Assembly (NCBI GenBank): GCA_951406725.2
Contig: OX597833.1
Coordinates: forward strand, 23,436,001-23,500,000
Length of the DNA stretch: 64,000 nucleotides
DNA from: Octopus vulgaris
Taxonomy: Eukaryota
Reading direction: 5' to 3'
Shown here: positions 26,011-39,900 of the stretch, in pieces
Layout: the number at the start of each line of letters is the position of its first letter
Numbering within the stretch: position 1 is the first letter of the stretch
The notes under the pieces: generated by a model
What the model was told of the DNA's origin: nothing
The model's input: the letters and a program-made list of their open reading frames with translations, nothing else
Databases searched by the model: none
Translations under genes and position numbers: made by a program

Positions 26011-26747
26011 TTAAAACAATAAAGTCACGAAATTGAATTAAATTTTTAAAAAACTTTAAAATTAATTCCAGATATTCATGGCAACTTGTATTCTAAGACG
26101 TGTGTGAGGATTTCATAGAATGGACGGAAAGGACCTGCCGGAGCGTGTGGTTCCAGTACTGAATCCCAGAGTCTGGGGAGTAATGGTAGTTGAAGGCAGT
26201 GAGCTGGCAGAAACGTTAGCACGCCGGGCTAAATGCGCAGCCGTATTTCGTCTGCCGTTACGTTCTGAGTTCAAATTCTGCAGAGGTCGACTTTGCCTTT
26301 CATCCTTTCGGGGTTGATAAATTAAGTACCAGTTACGCACTGTGGTCAAGGTAATCGACTTAATCCATTTGTCTGTCCTTGTTTGTTCCCTCTGTGTTTA
26401 GCCCTTGTGGGTAGTAAAGAAATAGGTAGTTGTGTCTTACATCCCCAGGCTTCAGCCATGAGAACAGGCAAATCCATCCCAGTGGCTTCTAGTAGATCTC
26501 AACAGACCCTTGGAGGTTCATATAAGATTTTGTTTGATAAAAATTGATTATTTTATATTTGTTGCAAAAAAATTGATTTTATTTCTACAAGACACAAAAT
26601 ATTTTAACAATTTTTTTGAAAACAATTCCTAATAATATTTAATTATAAAAATATATTACGCTTTGTTTAAACATCGAATGGCTACGAAGGTACATCCAAG
26701 TAAATTAGGAATTGAAGGGGTCCATAGGGTCCGTTCGTTCGTTTGAT

Positions 26748-27170
26748 CGTTTCTTCCTTCCTTCATTTCCTCCCTTCCTTCATTTCCTTCCTTCCTTCTT
26801 TCCTTCCTTCCATACTTCCTTACCTAATTACTAAATTACTCCCTTATTTCCTTCCTTCCTTTCTTCATACCTTCCATACTTACTTACCCCCTTCTGTCTT
26901 TCCTTCGTTCCATACTTCCTTACCTACTTATTCCCTTCCTTCCTTCTTTCCTTCCTTCCCTCATTTATTTCTCCCTTCCTTCCTTCTTTCCTTCCCTCAT
27001 TTATTTCTCCCTTCCTTCCTTCCATACTTTCTTACCTACTTATTCCCTTCCTACCTACCTTCCTTCTTTCTTTCCATCCCTCATTCATTTCCTCCTCCCT
27101 TCCTTCCTTACTTACCTCCCTCATTCATTTCTTCCTTCCTTCCTTCCCTCCCTCCCTTACTTCCATCATT
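26748..27170. repeat. Degenerate (CCTT)n polypyrimidine tract
   Basis: About 420 bp almost entirely C/T on the + strand. Confidence 0.9.
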
Positions 27171-27987
27171 CATTAATATTTTACGAGTTAAACTAAACGA
27201 ATTAACAAATAACACTGAAATAAGTCTACCTTTGTCTTAACCACTCCATCAATAACCACAGTCATTCCACCGTTTCGTTCCATTTAAAATTAATATCAAT
27301 TTAATTTCACAATTACTTCCCTGTTTCCTTCTCTTTTAAGAAAGAAAATACAATGCATAATTAAGCTAATGATTTATTATCAATCACTACAGTTGTAATT
27401 ATAGTTGATTAATATTTCTCTATCTGCTGCAATTATCATCACGACAAACACTACGACTGCTGCCACCATTGTTATGGTCGCTGTTGTCATCGTCATCTAT
27501 TTCATCATCATCATCATCATAACTCATCACTCATCATCATCCATCATCATCATCATCATCATCATCCACAACAACAGCAGCAGTATTCAGTTTTGTATTT
27601 GGCCGAAACATTAGATCGTTGGAATATGTTTTGTGATATTTGTTCGGACCACTACCATTTTGAATTACGTCTGATGTCTTGCAAACAACTTGCACATGCA
27701 AGTGCTACCAGTCAAAAACTCTGCATACTGAAAGAAGCCAGCAAGTGTATGAGGTCATCAGGAGAGAATGCGCACCGTTTCGGGGCCTACCTCTCAACGG
27801 CATCAATGCGCAGCAGCTGCCTGCCCCCCCCCCCTCACTCATATGAGGCCCCGCTTGCTAGATCAGCTGTTTATCAAATAAAGCTCAATATTCTTCTAGC
27901 CATCGCTCATTTATGACTCCAAACTTACAGGGAAAAATTCAGTTTACTAATAAAAAATTAAATATAAATACATAATATATATAATAT

Positions 27988-28201
<214 letters not shown>

Positions 28202-28687
28202 CTTTTCATTAATTGAACCTATGCGTAACTTTTAGAGAATTTATTGTGAAATAAACATAAAATTAGCAGTCAAGGCATTCACTGGTTTTTATTTACGTAA
28301 AATCAGAAAGTCCAAAGAAGTAATATATTCACAATATATTTCATAACACTTTTTTAATGTGAATTACGATTGACATAATGCAATAGGCAATTATGTGTAA
28401 CAAGTGCACGTTTTGCATAAGCATTAGTTTTTTAAGTAAATTGAATATTCATAGAATAATGTTTAAAACATATATTAGCGACAGAGACAGCATTAATATC
28501 GAGTGGTGATATTTACACCAGCCCAAAAGTGGATGCCCTATTAGAACGAGTTTGTCTGACTTATATGTTGGAATAAATTGTATCTAAAAATACTCCCTTA
28601 TAAATTGCTTCGTGTTTTGCTAGATATAGAGTTATAACAAATTTTATTGAGAACCTAGACTTGCTAAACCTCCGGCTTATATTTCAG

Positions 28688-29862
28688 CTAGAAAATCTTT
28701 TTCAGATGATGAAGTTCCATCCAACCACCTCTCAAGCTTCTTTGATAACGTCCAGGTTTCTGAGCCATATAGTAGAATTGGTTCGACTGTGGCTTTGACG
28801 AATTCAAGTTTGAAGTCTCTACTAAGATTTGATGACCAGATTTTATGCATATCATTACAGGCTGACCAGGCCATACCCTTTATAGTTAGAAAATCTTTTT
28901 CAGATGATGAAGTTCCATCCAACCGCCTCTCAAGCTTCTTTGATAACGTCCAGGTTTCTGAGCCATATAGTAGAATTGGTTCGACTGTGGCTTTGACGAA
29001 TTCAAGTTTGAAGTCTCTACTAAGATTTGATGACCAGTTTTTATGCATATCATTACAGGCTGACCAGGCCATACCCTTTATAGTTAGAAAATCTTTTTCA
29101 GATGATGAAGTTCCATCCAACCGCCTCTCAAGCTTCTTTGGTAATATCCAGGTTTCTGAGCCATATAGTAGAATTGGTTCGACTGTGGCTTTGACGAATT
29201 CAAGTTTGAAGTCTCTACTAAGATTTGATGACCAGTTTTTATGCATATCATTACAGGCTGACCAGGCCATACCCTTTATAGTTAGAAAATCTTTTTCAGA
29301 TGATGAAGTTCCATCCAACCGCCTCTCAAGCTTCTTTGGTAATGTCCAGATTTCTGAGCCATATAGTAGAATTGGTTCGACTGTGGCTTTGAAATTTCAA
29401 GTTTGAAGTCTCTACTAAGATTTGATGACCAGTTTTTATGCATATCATTACAGGCTGACCAGGCCATACCCTTTATAGTTAGAAAATCTTTTTCAGATGA
29501 TGAAGTTCCATCCAACCGCCTCTCAAGCTTCTTTGGTAATGTCCAGGTTTCTGAGCCATATAGTAGAATTGGTTCGACTGTGGCTTTGAAGATTTCAAGT
29601 TTGAAGTCTCTACTAAGATTTGATGACCAGTTTTATGCATATCATTACAGGCTGACCAGCCATACCCTTTATAGTTAGAAAATCTTTTCAGATGATGAAG
29701 TTCCATCCAACGCCTCTCAAGCTTCTTTGGTAATGTCCAGGTTTCTGAGCCATATAGTAGAATTGGTTCGACTGTGGCTTTAAAGATTTCAAGTTTGAAG
29801 TCTCTATTTAGATTTGATGACCAGATCTTATGCATGTCATTACAGGCTGACCAGGCCATACC
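28688..29862 (-). repeat. Tandem array (~6 x 198 bp) derived from LINE RT C-terminal coding sequence
   Basis: gatgatgaagttccatcc recurs at 28705, 28903, 29101, 29299, 29496 and ~29690. The unit encodes ...PILLYGSETW... and matches the LINE at 45758-46628. Confidence 0.93.
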
Positions 29863-30551
29863 TGCATACATCCACAAGTAACTGTCATCACATTCATAAA
29901 GAACTACACTCACTGCACATATTTCACTGGTGTCTGTAGACTCCATATGATGTGAATCACTTTACAGAGTGTGTTGGATGCTTTTATGTGGCACCACACA
30001 GACACTTTTAAATGCTCTCACATGGGCATTTTTACGTGACACCACATGGATGCTTTTACATGAACCACGCTGGCATGTTTACACGTTGCTGCAGAAGTGC
30101 TACTACCCGTCTCCACACAGGGACTTTTACATGGTACCACCATGGGTACTTTACACAACCATATCTTCTTGAGTACATCCAGGTGCCAGGTGTGTCGGTC
30201 CTTTCTCATCTCACCTGAAAGGTTGAGATTCCTGAGGGTTGTTCTTCAGTATTTCATCCCATGGCTTCCTGGCTCTCCCATTTCCATCCACTAAGAGACC
30301 AGCACTTCTTTATGAAGCTGTCAGCATCCATCTGCATCACATGAACAAACCATTGCAGTCTCCTCTCTTGCACACAGCAACAAATTCCTCTCATGCCTAA
30401 CTTCTCTCTCAATACATTAACACTCTCTCAAATATGTACACTTACATAACACATCCAGTGGAGCATACTAACCGAAAGGTTATTTTAACATAACGATATA
30501 CTTGGTAAAATCATTAATTCATTGATTCATTAATATATATATACATATATA

Positions 30552-30732
30552 GGCGCAGGTGTGGCTGTGTGGTAAGTAGCTTGTTTACCAGCCACATGGT
30601 TCCGGGTTCAGTCCCACTGCGTGGCACCTTGGGCAAGTGTCTCCTACGATAGCCTCAGGCCGACCAATGCCTTGTGAGTGGATTTGGTAGACGGAAACTG
30701 AAAGAAGCCTGTTGTATATATGTATGTATATA

Positions 30733-30769
<37 letters not shown>

Positions 30770-30983
30770 GCATGTGTGTGTTTGTGTGTCTGTGTTTGTC
30801 CCCCTAGCATTGCTTGACAACCGATGCTGGTGTGTTTATGTCCCCGTTATTTAGCGGTTCGGCAAAAGAGACCGATAGAATAAGTACTGGGCTTACAAAA
30901 GAATAAGTCCTGGGGTCGAGTTGCTCGATTAAAGGCGGTGCTCCAGCATGGTCGCAGTCAAATGACTGAAACAAGTAAAAGAG
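30552..30983 (+). mobile_element. Full-length family-A SINE
   Basis: Runs from ggcgcaggtgtggctgtgtggtaag to aaacaagtaaaagag. Other copies at 33342-33741(-), 48296-48682(-), 61146-61437(-) and 6985-7322(-). Confidence 0.88.
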
Positions 30984-31016
30984 TATATATAATTTCAATA
31001 TGGAGCAAATAATTTA

Positions 31017-31595
31017 TCATCATCATCATCATCGTTTAACGTCCATTTTCCATGCTTGCATGGGTTGGATGGTTTGACCGGGGTCTGGGAAGCCAGGAGA
31101 CTGCACCAGGCTCCAGTCTGATCTGGTAGTGTTTCTACGGCTGGATGCCCTTCCTAACACCAACCGCTCTGTGAGTGTAGTGGGTGCTTTTTACGTGTCA
31201 CCGGCACAGGTGCCAGGGGAGTCTGGCATCGGCCACGATCGGTTGGTGCTTTTTACGTGCCACCAGCACAGAAGCCAGTCAAGACGGCGCTGGCATCGGC
31301 CACATTCGGATGGTGCTTTTAACTTGCCACCGGCATGGAAGCCAGTCAAGGCGGTGCTGGCATCGGCCACATTTGGATGGTGCTTTTAACGTGCCACCGG
31401 CACAGGTGCTAGGGGAGTCTGGCATCGGCCACGTTCAGATGGTGCTTTTTATATGCCACCGGCACAGAAGCCAGTCAAGGCGGCGCTGGCATCGGCCACG
31501 TTCGGATGGTACTTTTTACGTGCCACCAGCACAGGTACCAGGGGAGTCTTGCATTGGCCACGTTCGGATGGTGCTTTTTATATGCCACCGGCACA
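31017..31595 (-). mobile_element. Isolated RTE LINE 3' end with ~7 subrepeats
   Basis: Reverse complement of the 3' UTR and tail seen at 3375-3760 and 40100-40441. Similar pieces at 32690-33160(+) and 4350-4563(+). Confidence 0.85.
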
Positions 31596-32289
31596 TGAAA
31601 AAAATAATTTGCGAAGATATCAGGATTCATCTTAATCCTTCAGCCCGTTTGTCTTTGCATGGTTGATTTCTGTAGTTATTATCAGAGTATTTTGGTGATT
31701 TAAATAAGAGTTTTCACTGTTATTTCCAACAGGTAGACATACTTGGTATTTCCTTTGATAAATCCTTCACACACACACACACACACACATATATATTGGG
31801 CCATCCCATAAATAATGTGGTTTTTAATCTAAAATATTCTCTCCTTCATTTTCTACAATGCTCTTTCATCTACTTCATAGATTTGCAAGGCCCTTCTTTC
31901 AAAATTCACTTGTCTGTGAAGAAAAATAGTTAAACATCCATGTAGAGCTGTGGATACCCCACCTATGTACCCACAGCATACACTGACATATATGTACTTA
32001 CTAAATTATATACGGATTTGTCCTTTAAGTTATGCATACACCCACAAGTAAGTGTCATCACATTCATAAAGAACTACACTCACTGCATGTATTCCACTGT
32101 TGACTGTAGACTCCAGATGCAAATGAACCGAAAGAAAGTTCTGAGTAAGGTGAAGAGTAATTAATAACACGGATGGGCTGTGGTTCACTACAGCTGTTTC
32201 AAACACGTTCTTTACTGAAGAACAAAAGTGCTACATCCTGCAAGACAACCATTTCAATCAGGTGAATAAAGGTAAGAATTAGCAATTAG

Positions 32290-32492
32290 AACTTTTCTAC
32301 AATGCTTTTTATCTTCGTTAATTTGCAAGGCCCTTCTTCCAAAATTCACTTGTCTGTGAAGAAAAATTCTTCTCCCATACTGTTCTGACCTCGTCTACAA
32401 AATTCATATTTTTGTTGTCCAAATGATTTTGAAGAATTTGAAATAAATGATAAGCAGATGGGGAAATGTCTGATGAATATAGCGGCTAGGGC
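32290..32492 (-). mobile_element. Mariner transposase C-terminal relic
   Basis: Translates to LYSSDISPSAYHLFQILQNHL..SEFWKKG, resembling the mariner YSPDLAPSDYHLF motif. A related 3' end with a TIR-like sequence lies at 31795-31925. Confidence 0.8.
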
Positions 32493-34074
32493 TGAGTCGA
32501 TTACATCGATCTCGTGCAACATTGCAGAGCTTGGATGATTGAAGGTTTCATAAAAGTATTACTGGTGCACCAATCTTGAGGTGCAAGTTGTGAGATGGGA
32601 GGCCTGCTGGTGCCAGGCTATGACTAGTGTCGAGGACCTTTGGAAATATTCTGTGCTTGAGAAAACCTGACAAGACAAGTGAGACCATAGCTCATGGCCT
32701 ATGCCACTAGGTGTAACCAGCCCATTTATGAGTACCCCTCATTCATTGGACAATAAACTTTGCTTGTGAAGACATTGAGGCAAGTGAAATCAAAATCAAA
32801 ATTGCTGACGTGACCAAAGACAGAACCACCTGATTGGCACTCATGCCAGTGGAATGTTAAAAGCATATCTGAGTGTAATCGTTGCCAGGGCCATGGATTG
32901 GCTCCTGTGCTGGTGACACGTGAAAAGCACCATTCGAGTGTGGTCGTCACCAGTACTGCCGGACTGGCTTCCTTGCAGGTAGCTTGTAAAAGCACCCACT
33001 ACACTTTTGGAATGGTAGGCATTACGAAGGGCATCCAGCTGTAGAAACTTTGCCAGATCAGATTGAGCCTGGTGCACCCTCTGACTCACCACTCCTCAGT
33101 CAAGCTGTCCAACCTATACCAGTATGGAAAGCGGACGTAAAACGATAACGATGATGATGATATATATATATATATATATAAGACATATATGTATATATAT
33201 ATATATATATGTACATATGTATATTAGAGGCAAAAGGACAACAAAATTCAAGGCAGGGCAGGTATCTCAATTCATTTAGAATATTTAACTAGGGTAAGGT
33301 AAATTGGAACTCTTACAGCTGTTTCTGGGATAGCACATCCATACTCATTTACTTGTTTCAGTCATCTGACTGTGGTCATGCTGGAGCACCGCCTTTAGTC
33401 GAGGAAATCGACCCCAGGACTTATTCTTTGTAAGCCTAGTACTTATTCTATCGGTCTCTTTTGCCAAACCGCTAAGTTTCGGGGACGTAAACACACCAGC
33501 ATCGGTTGTCAAGCGATGTTGGGGGGACAAACACAACACACAAACATACACATATATATATATACATATACATATATACGATGGGCTTCTTTCAGTTTCC
33601 GTCTACCAAATCCACTCACAAAGCTTTGGTCGGCCCGAGGCTATAGTAGAAGACACTTGCCCAAGGTGCCACGCAGTGGGACTGAACCCGGAACCATGTG
33701 GTTCGTAAGCAAGCTACTTATCACACAGCCACTCCTACGCCTGGGTATTCCATCATCATAGACAAGGTGAGCATGTATGAAAGTTGTAGACAGGTAAAAA
33801 AGAGTACCCAGTGTATGGCCATGCTAGCCTATCACTTGGGATATCCCTAGCTCCAGTCTCAATTGTGAACTTGGACGCTAAAGGATGACCAATTATCGCA
33901 CTTACACACACGTCTCAAATCTACACCTTCAGCCGTTTGTGTCTCTCAAATATTTACCTCTCCCCTATTATTCCCCTATCATCATCTTCATATCACCCAT
34001 GCCCCTATTGCCATACCATATATACATATATATGTGTCTGATGATGATGATGATGATATATATATATATATATA

Positions 34075-34147
34075 TGGTGTTTTGTTCAAGCTGTATTTTC
34101 AGAGAATGATTTACCACAGATATCACAGTGATATGGCTTCTCTCCAT
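34075..34147 (-). pseudogene. Single C2H2 finger remnant
   Basis: [22 protein letters not shown], flanked by microsatellite. Confidence 0.8.
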
Positions 34148-34813
34148 TCTCACTGCTTTCTAGTGAGAATGTAGCCAGTCTGGCTGGTGTGTCACCAGAT
34201 TTTTAGTTGATCAAGAGTTTGGTGGGTTCCCCAAGTTATGAAGTTAGGTTTGATGAAAACAGTGTGGGGTTCATAATAAGAATCTCTTCCAAAATGTTCG
34301 TTCACAAGCTTATGAAAATAATTTTAATCTGGATCTTCGAAAACTTATCTCTAAAAAGTTTAATTTGAAGAAACCATTATTCAGATATTAACAAGGAATC
34401 CATCTAGTGTGGGGCACTAAACTATACGTATGCCTCATATTCTTCCTTTCTGGTCTCTTCTGCTTTTATAGCTCTGGAAACTTCCCTGATCAACCATTAT
34501 GTCACCCTTCACCTGGCTGGCATATTTAATGAGTGAAGCATTTAAAATACAATAAACAATGAATATACTGTAATTACAAGATGCAATATTCAAGAAAGAA
34601 TAATGTGTAGGGGTGTGAGGAGGAGGAGATTTGGTATAAGAGGTCCTTATATCATGGAAAGGAAACTGCATGAGTGGTCAAGGATGGAGTGGGAGGTGAA
34701 TATTGCAAAAACAAAAGAAACAACTGAAATTTTGGGAAATATTTTAATCATAATTTCCATTGCATAAAATACAGGAATATTAAACAAATATAGCAAACAG
34801 GAAACTATAGAGA

Positions 34814-35818
34814 CTACCCTTTTCCTTTCACCCCTGTATGAATACGTTTGTGTGCTGTTAAGGCACTATTGTCAGAGAATGATTTACCACAGATATCACA
34901 ATGATACGGCTTCCCTCCTGTATGAATACGTTTGTGTCTTAGTAAGGCACTATTTTCAGAGAATGATTTACCACAGATATCACACCGATATGGCTTCTCT
35001 CCTGTATGGATACGATTGTGTACTGTCAAGTGAATACTTTGAGAGAATGATTTACCACAGATATCACAACGATATGGCTTCTCTCCCGTATGAATACGAT
35101 TGTGTACAGTCAAGTGAATACTTTGAGAGAATGATTTACCACAGATATCACACCGATATGGCTTCTCTCCCGTATGAATACGATAGTGTACAGTCAAGTG
35201 AATACTTTGTGAGAATGATTTACCACAGATATCACAACGATATGGCTTCTCTCCTGTGTGAATATGTTTATGTGCAGTTAAGGCACTATTTTCAGAGAAT
35301 GATTTACCACAGATATCACACCGATATGGCTTCTCTCCTGTATGGATACGATTGTGTACAGTCAAGTGAATACTTTGAGAGAATGATTTACCACAGATAT
35401 CACACCGATATGGCTTCTCTCCCGTATGAATACGATTGTGTACAGTTAAGGCACTATATTCAGAGAATGATTTACCACAGTTATCACAACGATATGGCTT
35501 CTCTCCCGTATGAGTATGTTTGTGTGAAGATAAATTGAAACTTTCAGAAAATGATTTACCACAGATCTCACAGTAATTTGGCTTCTCTCCTGTATGAATA
35601 CGTTGGTGTCTCTTTAAAGCATAATTTTGAGAGAATGATTTAACACAAACATCACAATGATACGGTTTCTCTCCTGCATGAATACATTTGTGGGAAATTA
35701 GGTTACCTTTGAGAGAGAAAACCTTTTTACAGATGTCACAGTCATAAGACAAATTTTTCTTTTCTTTTATCATTTGTTCAGAGGTAATCAATTCTTGAAG
35801 TTTCTCACTCTTTTCCAT
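34814..35818 (-). CDS. C2H2 zinc-finger protein A (11 fingers, intact)
   Basis: CxxC-x12-HxxxH with TGEKPY linkers; first in-frame ATG at 35818; exon acceptor at 36173. Confidence 0.93.
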   Translation of the reverse strand: MEKSEKLQELITSEQMIKEKKNLSYDCDICKKVFSLKGNLISHKCIHAGEKPYHCDVCVKSFSQNYALKRHQRIHTGEKPNYCEICGKSFSESFNLSSHKHTHTGEKPYRCDNCGKSFSEYSALTVHNRIHTGEKPYRCDICGKSFSQSIHLTVHNRIHTGEKPYRCDICGKSFSENSALTAHKHIHTGEKPYRCDICGKSFSQSIHLTVHYRIHTGEKPYRCDICGKSFSQSIHLTVHNRIHTGEKPYRCDICGKSFSQSIHLTVHNRIHTGEKPYRCDICGKSFSENSALLRHKRIHTGGKPYHCDICGKSFSDNSALTAHKRIHTGVKGKG

Positions 35819-36340
35819 TATTTTTCTCTCAAATCCCAATTAAAATATTTTTCCTGTTTTATTCTTATACTTAATTCCTTACAAATACCCCTGCTCCTGT
35901 ATTTCTGTCCACTGTTACCTTTTTCTAGCAGCAATTACATAAATTTATCCAAGTTTCACCAGCACAGAAGCCCCTCTTCTTGATACTCCAGTCAGTGTTG
36001 TTCCAAGTCCTGTCTAATAGTATTATTTCAGAGCAAATGTTTCACAGGAATTCTACAACAGATTTGTACAAACAATGTTATACATCTTTTCTGCATAATA
36101 TCTTGCTTTAGTCTTCAAAAAATAGTAAATATTGAGGATGTTCCTTCTGTTACGTCAATGTCAGTTGATGTTCTGAAATTATAGAGAAACAACAGTGTAA
36201 GGTTTAGAGGCTATGTAAAAAATACAGATTCGTTTCTGTTGAGATGAATTATAGAAATAAACATTCAACAACTGAATATTTTGATTTATTAAAATGTACA
36301 TCAGAAAATCTTGTGTAAAGCTTACATATCCATACAGTTT

Positions 36341-36455
36341 ACATACACACACAAACATCTATATATACATCTGTTACATACACACACAAACATCTATATA
36401 TACATCTGTTACATACACACACAAACATCTATATATACATCTGTTACATACGCAC
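36341..36455. repeat. 35-bp minisatellite x3
   Basis: acatacacacacaaacatctatatatacatctgtt repeated. Confidence 0.85.
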
Positions 36456-36929
36456 ACAATCCTATAGCTCCCCCCCCTAATTACCGATCAACCTCACGTC
36501 TCGTTAAATACAGAATAAATATATTTATAATTTTATAGCTCCTTTTACTTATCGATGTCTAAGATAAATTTAGCTCATGTATCTCCCATAAATCTGCAAA
36601 ATATCTCTCTCTCAAATTTAGGTATTTTATACCTACTAATAAGTATTCCTTTTCCAAGAAATGAGAGACGCACCTGGCTGCTAGTTTTCGCGGTGCACAT
36701 ACCCTCCCACCCTCTCCACTGGTACAAGAAGTCCTAAATTTTCTCATCCATGTCTCCCATGTACACTTCAAAGTCTTACGCCACCCCCACCTCCTTCCAT
36801 AAAAGGTAGTGGTCATTCATTGCAAAATGTTAGTGTAGTGTACGCGGTTTGAACTTGAGTTTTATTGTTTGTCTATGAATCCTGCCAAACGCGAGTTTTC
36901 TTTTCAGGTTCATGAAGCTACTAGGGCCA

Positions 36930-39900
36930 ATACCTCCAAAACCCTCAGGGTTGGCACCCTCAACGTTGGCACACTGGCGCAATTGTTGAATTGCTTGAAC
37001 GGAGGTGTGTTGATATATGCTGCATTCAAGAAGTGAGGTGGAGAGGAGGTTCTGCTAGGCTCCTCACAGGCAAAGAACAGAGGTACAAGATTTTCTGGGC
37101 TGGGAATACTGACGGGGTCGGTGGGTGTGGGTATACTTATCGCCGAAAAATGGGTAGATAAGGTAATCGAGGTAGTCAGAGTATGCGACAGAATACTTAA
37201 GATTAGATTAGTGCTTCATCATAGTTTAGCAACCATTATATCGGCCTATGCCCCTCAGCCAGGACTACCTGATGGACAGAAAGACCGTTTCTATGACACC
37301 TTACTGCAGACCACCTCATTGACAAACGACAGGGACCTTCTCTTTGTGGCTGGTGACTTCAATGGGCATGTTGGATGACATGCTGGGAGCTTCCATGGCG
37401 TACATGGAGGCTATGGTTATGGTTCCCACAACGAGGAGGGAACCAGGCTGCTGGAGTTCTACTATGCGAATAGTCTTATGGTTTGCAACACTAACTTCAG
37501 GAAACCTACAAGCCACCTGGTCACCTACCGATCGGGCCGACATACTAGCCAAATCGACTACATCCTTGCCAGAAAAAGGGAAAGATGGCTGCTTATAAAT
37601 GCCAAAACCTTCCCAGGCGAAGAATGTACCCCACAACATAGACTGGTAGTTAGTGACTTTAAGATCAGGACTAAGAGGACGACCAACATGGAGAAGAAGG
37701 GTCTGGAAGCTTAAAGATCCTGCGAGATTTAGAGACATGTTACTTGAAGCCTTTGACGAAATAGAAGGTGGTATAGCTACAGTTAATGTGGAAGACAACT
37801 GGATGCTTCTAAGGGACAACCTGCTGAAAGCCACTGACCAGATCTGTGGCTGGTGCAAAGTCCCCTCAAGACCAAAAATAACGTGGTGGTGGAACAATAT
37901 TGTTGACAGAGCTATTAGACAAAAGAAACAGGCTTGGAAGGACTGGAAGAACGGTGGTAGCAGGGAAGTGTATCAGACTGCCAGAAGGGAAGCTAGGAGG
38001 CAGGTGTATTTAGCCAGAGGGGAAGCAGATAAGAAAATATTTGCCAATGTTCTGCGCTGTGAGGATGGAAGACTTGAGGTATTTCGTGTTGCAAGACAGT
38101 GTGTGAGAGAGAATCGTGACGTGGTAGGAGAGAAATGTGTTCGCAAGGATGATGGTTCACTTGCGCTAAATGAGGATGCAAAGAGAGAGGTTTGGAGACG
38201 CCACTATGAAAGGTTGCTGAATGAGGAAAATGAATGGGATAAAGAGAGTCTGCCGAATGTCGACCCAACAGAGGGACCAGCAATCCGAGTTGATAGTTCC
38301 TTAGTAGTTAAGGCAATTACAAGCATGAAAACAGAGAAAGCCCCAGGCCCATCAGGAATTACTGCAGAGATGCTCAAAATATCTGGTAGTGTAGGCTATA
38401 GCCTAGTCACCCGTATAGTTAACCAGGTGATACACGAAGGAGTCATTCCCAATGACTGGTGTAGCAGCATAATAGTCAACTGCTACAAAGGTAAAGGTGA
38501 CGCCCTAGATACAAATAACTACAGGGGTATCAAGTTGCTGGATCAGGTAATGAAGGTTACGGAGAGGGTTATAGCCCAACTAATTAGAGAGAGAGTTAGC
38601 TTAGATGAGATGCAGTTTGGGTTCGTGCCAGGGAAAAGTACTACTGATGCTATATTCCTGGTAAGACAGCTGCAGGAGAAATACCTAGCCAAAGATAAGC
38701 CCCTGTACCTGGCTTTTGTTGACATGGAGAAAGCCTTCGACAGGGTTCCTCGATCCTTTATCTGGTGGTCAATGAGGAAACTAGGGATAGATGAATGGTT
38801 AGTGAGAGCTGTGCGAGCCATGTACAGAGACGCTGCTAGTAAGGTGAGGGTTGGCAACGAGTACAGTGAAGAATTCCGGGTAGAGGTTGGGGTCCACCAA
38901 GGTTCAGTCCTCAGTCTCCTCCTATTTATCAGTCCTCCAGGCAATAACGGAGGAATTCAAGACAGGATGCCCCTGGGAGCTCCTCTATGCTGATGACCTT
39001 GCTCTAATTGCTGAGTCACTATCAGAACTGGAGGAGAAGTTTCAGGTGTGGAAGCAAGGATTAGATTCGAAGGGCCTTAGAATCAACCTAGCGAAAACCA
39101 AAATCCTAACAAGTAGGAAGGTAGACCAATCACAAACGCCTTCAGGTAGATGGCCCTGCTCGATCTGTAGAAAAGGTGTAGGTAGAAACTCTATAAGATG
39201 CACCAAGTGTAAGCTATGGACACATAAGAGGTGCAGCAATGTCCAAAGAAGGCTAACTAGGAAAATAGTTTTTGTTTGTGGCAGATGCTCAGGAGCAATA
39301 AACACTGAAAATGTGCAGAGACCAACTTCTACCACGTTCCAGGGAGAAAAACTAGAAGTAGTTGATAGCTTCCGTTATCTTGGTGACCAAGTCAGTAGTG
39401 GGGGTGGGTGTGCTGAAAGTGTAACTGCTAGAGTAAGAATAGCCTGGGCAAAGTTCAGAGAGCTCTTACCCCGACTGGTGACAAAAGGCTTCTCGCTCAG
39501 AGTAAAAGGCAGACTGTATGGTGCATGTGTACGAACAGCCATGCTACATGGTAGTGAAACATGGGCTGTGACTGCTAAGGATATGCGTAAGCTCGCGAGA
39601 AATGAAGCCAGTATTCTCCGATGGATGTGTAATGTCAGTGTTCATACTCAACAGAGTGTAAGTACCTTGAGAGAAAAGTTGGACCTAAGAAGCATCAGTT
39701 GTGGTGTGCAAGAGAGACGTTTGTGCTGGTATGGTCATGTGACGAGAATGGCTGAAGATAGTTGTGTGAAAAAGTGCCACACCCTAGCGGTTGAGGGAAC
39801 CTGTGGATGAGGTAGACCCAGGAAAACCTGGGACGAGGTGGTGAAGCACGACCTTCGAACTTTAGGTCTCACCAAGGAAATGACTAGAGACCGAGACCTA

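Noticed and set aside
26743-27240. 165-aa F/L/P/S-rich ORF
   Set aside because: Product of the (CCTT)n low-complexity tract.
28688-29862. Repeat array as a CRISPR or a genuine repeat-protein gene
   Set aside because: No unique spacers, eukaryotic context, and the unit is LINE RT sequence with frameshifts in the right-hand copies.
30552-30630. tRNA gene
   Set aside because: tRNA-like head of a multi-copy SINE, with no complete cloverleaf or terminator.
34435-34671. Conserved 78-aa ORF duplicated at 43856-44092
   Set aside because: The conservation reflects near-identity of the duplicated 3' flank, with no independent coding signal.
34852-35538. 228-aa repetitive + strand ORF (also 49666-49974, 50365-50730)
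   Set aside because: Antisense shadow of the zinc-finger arrays.
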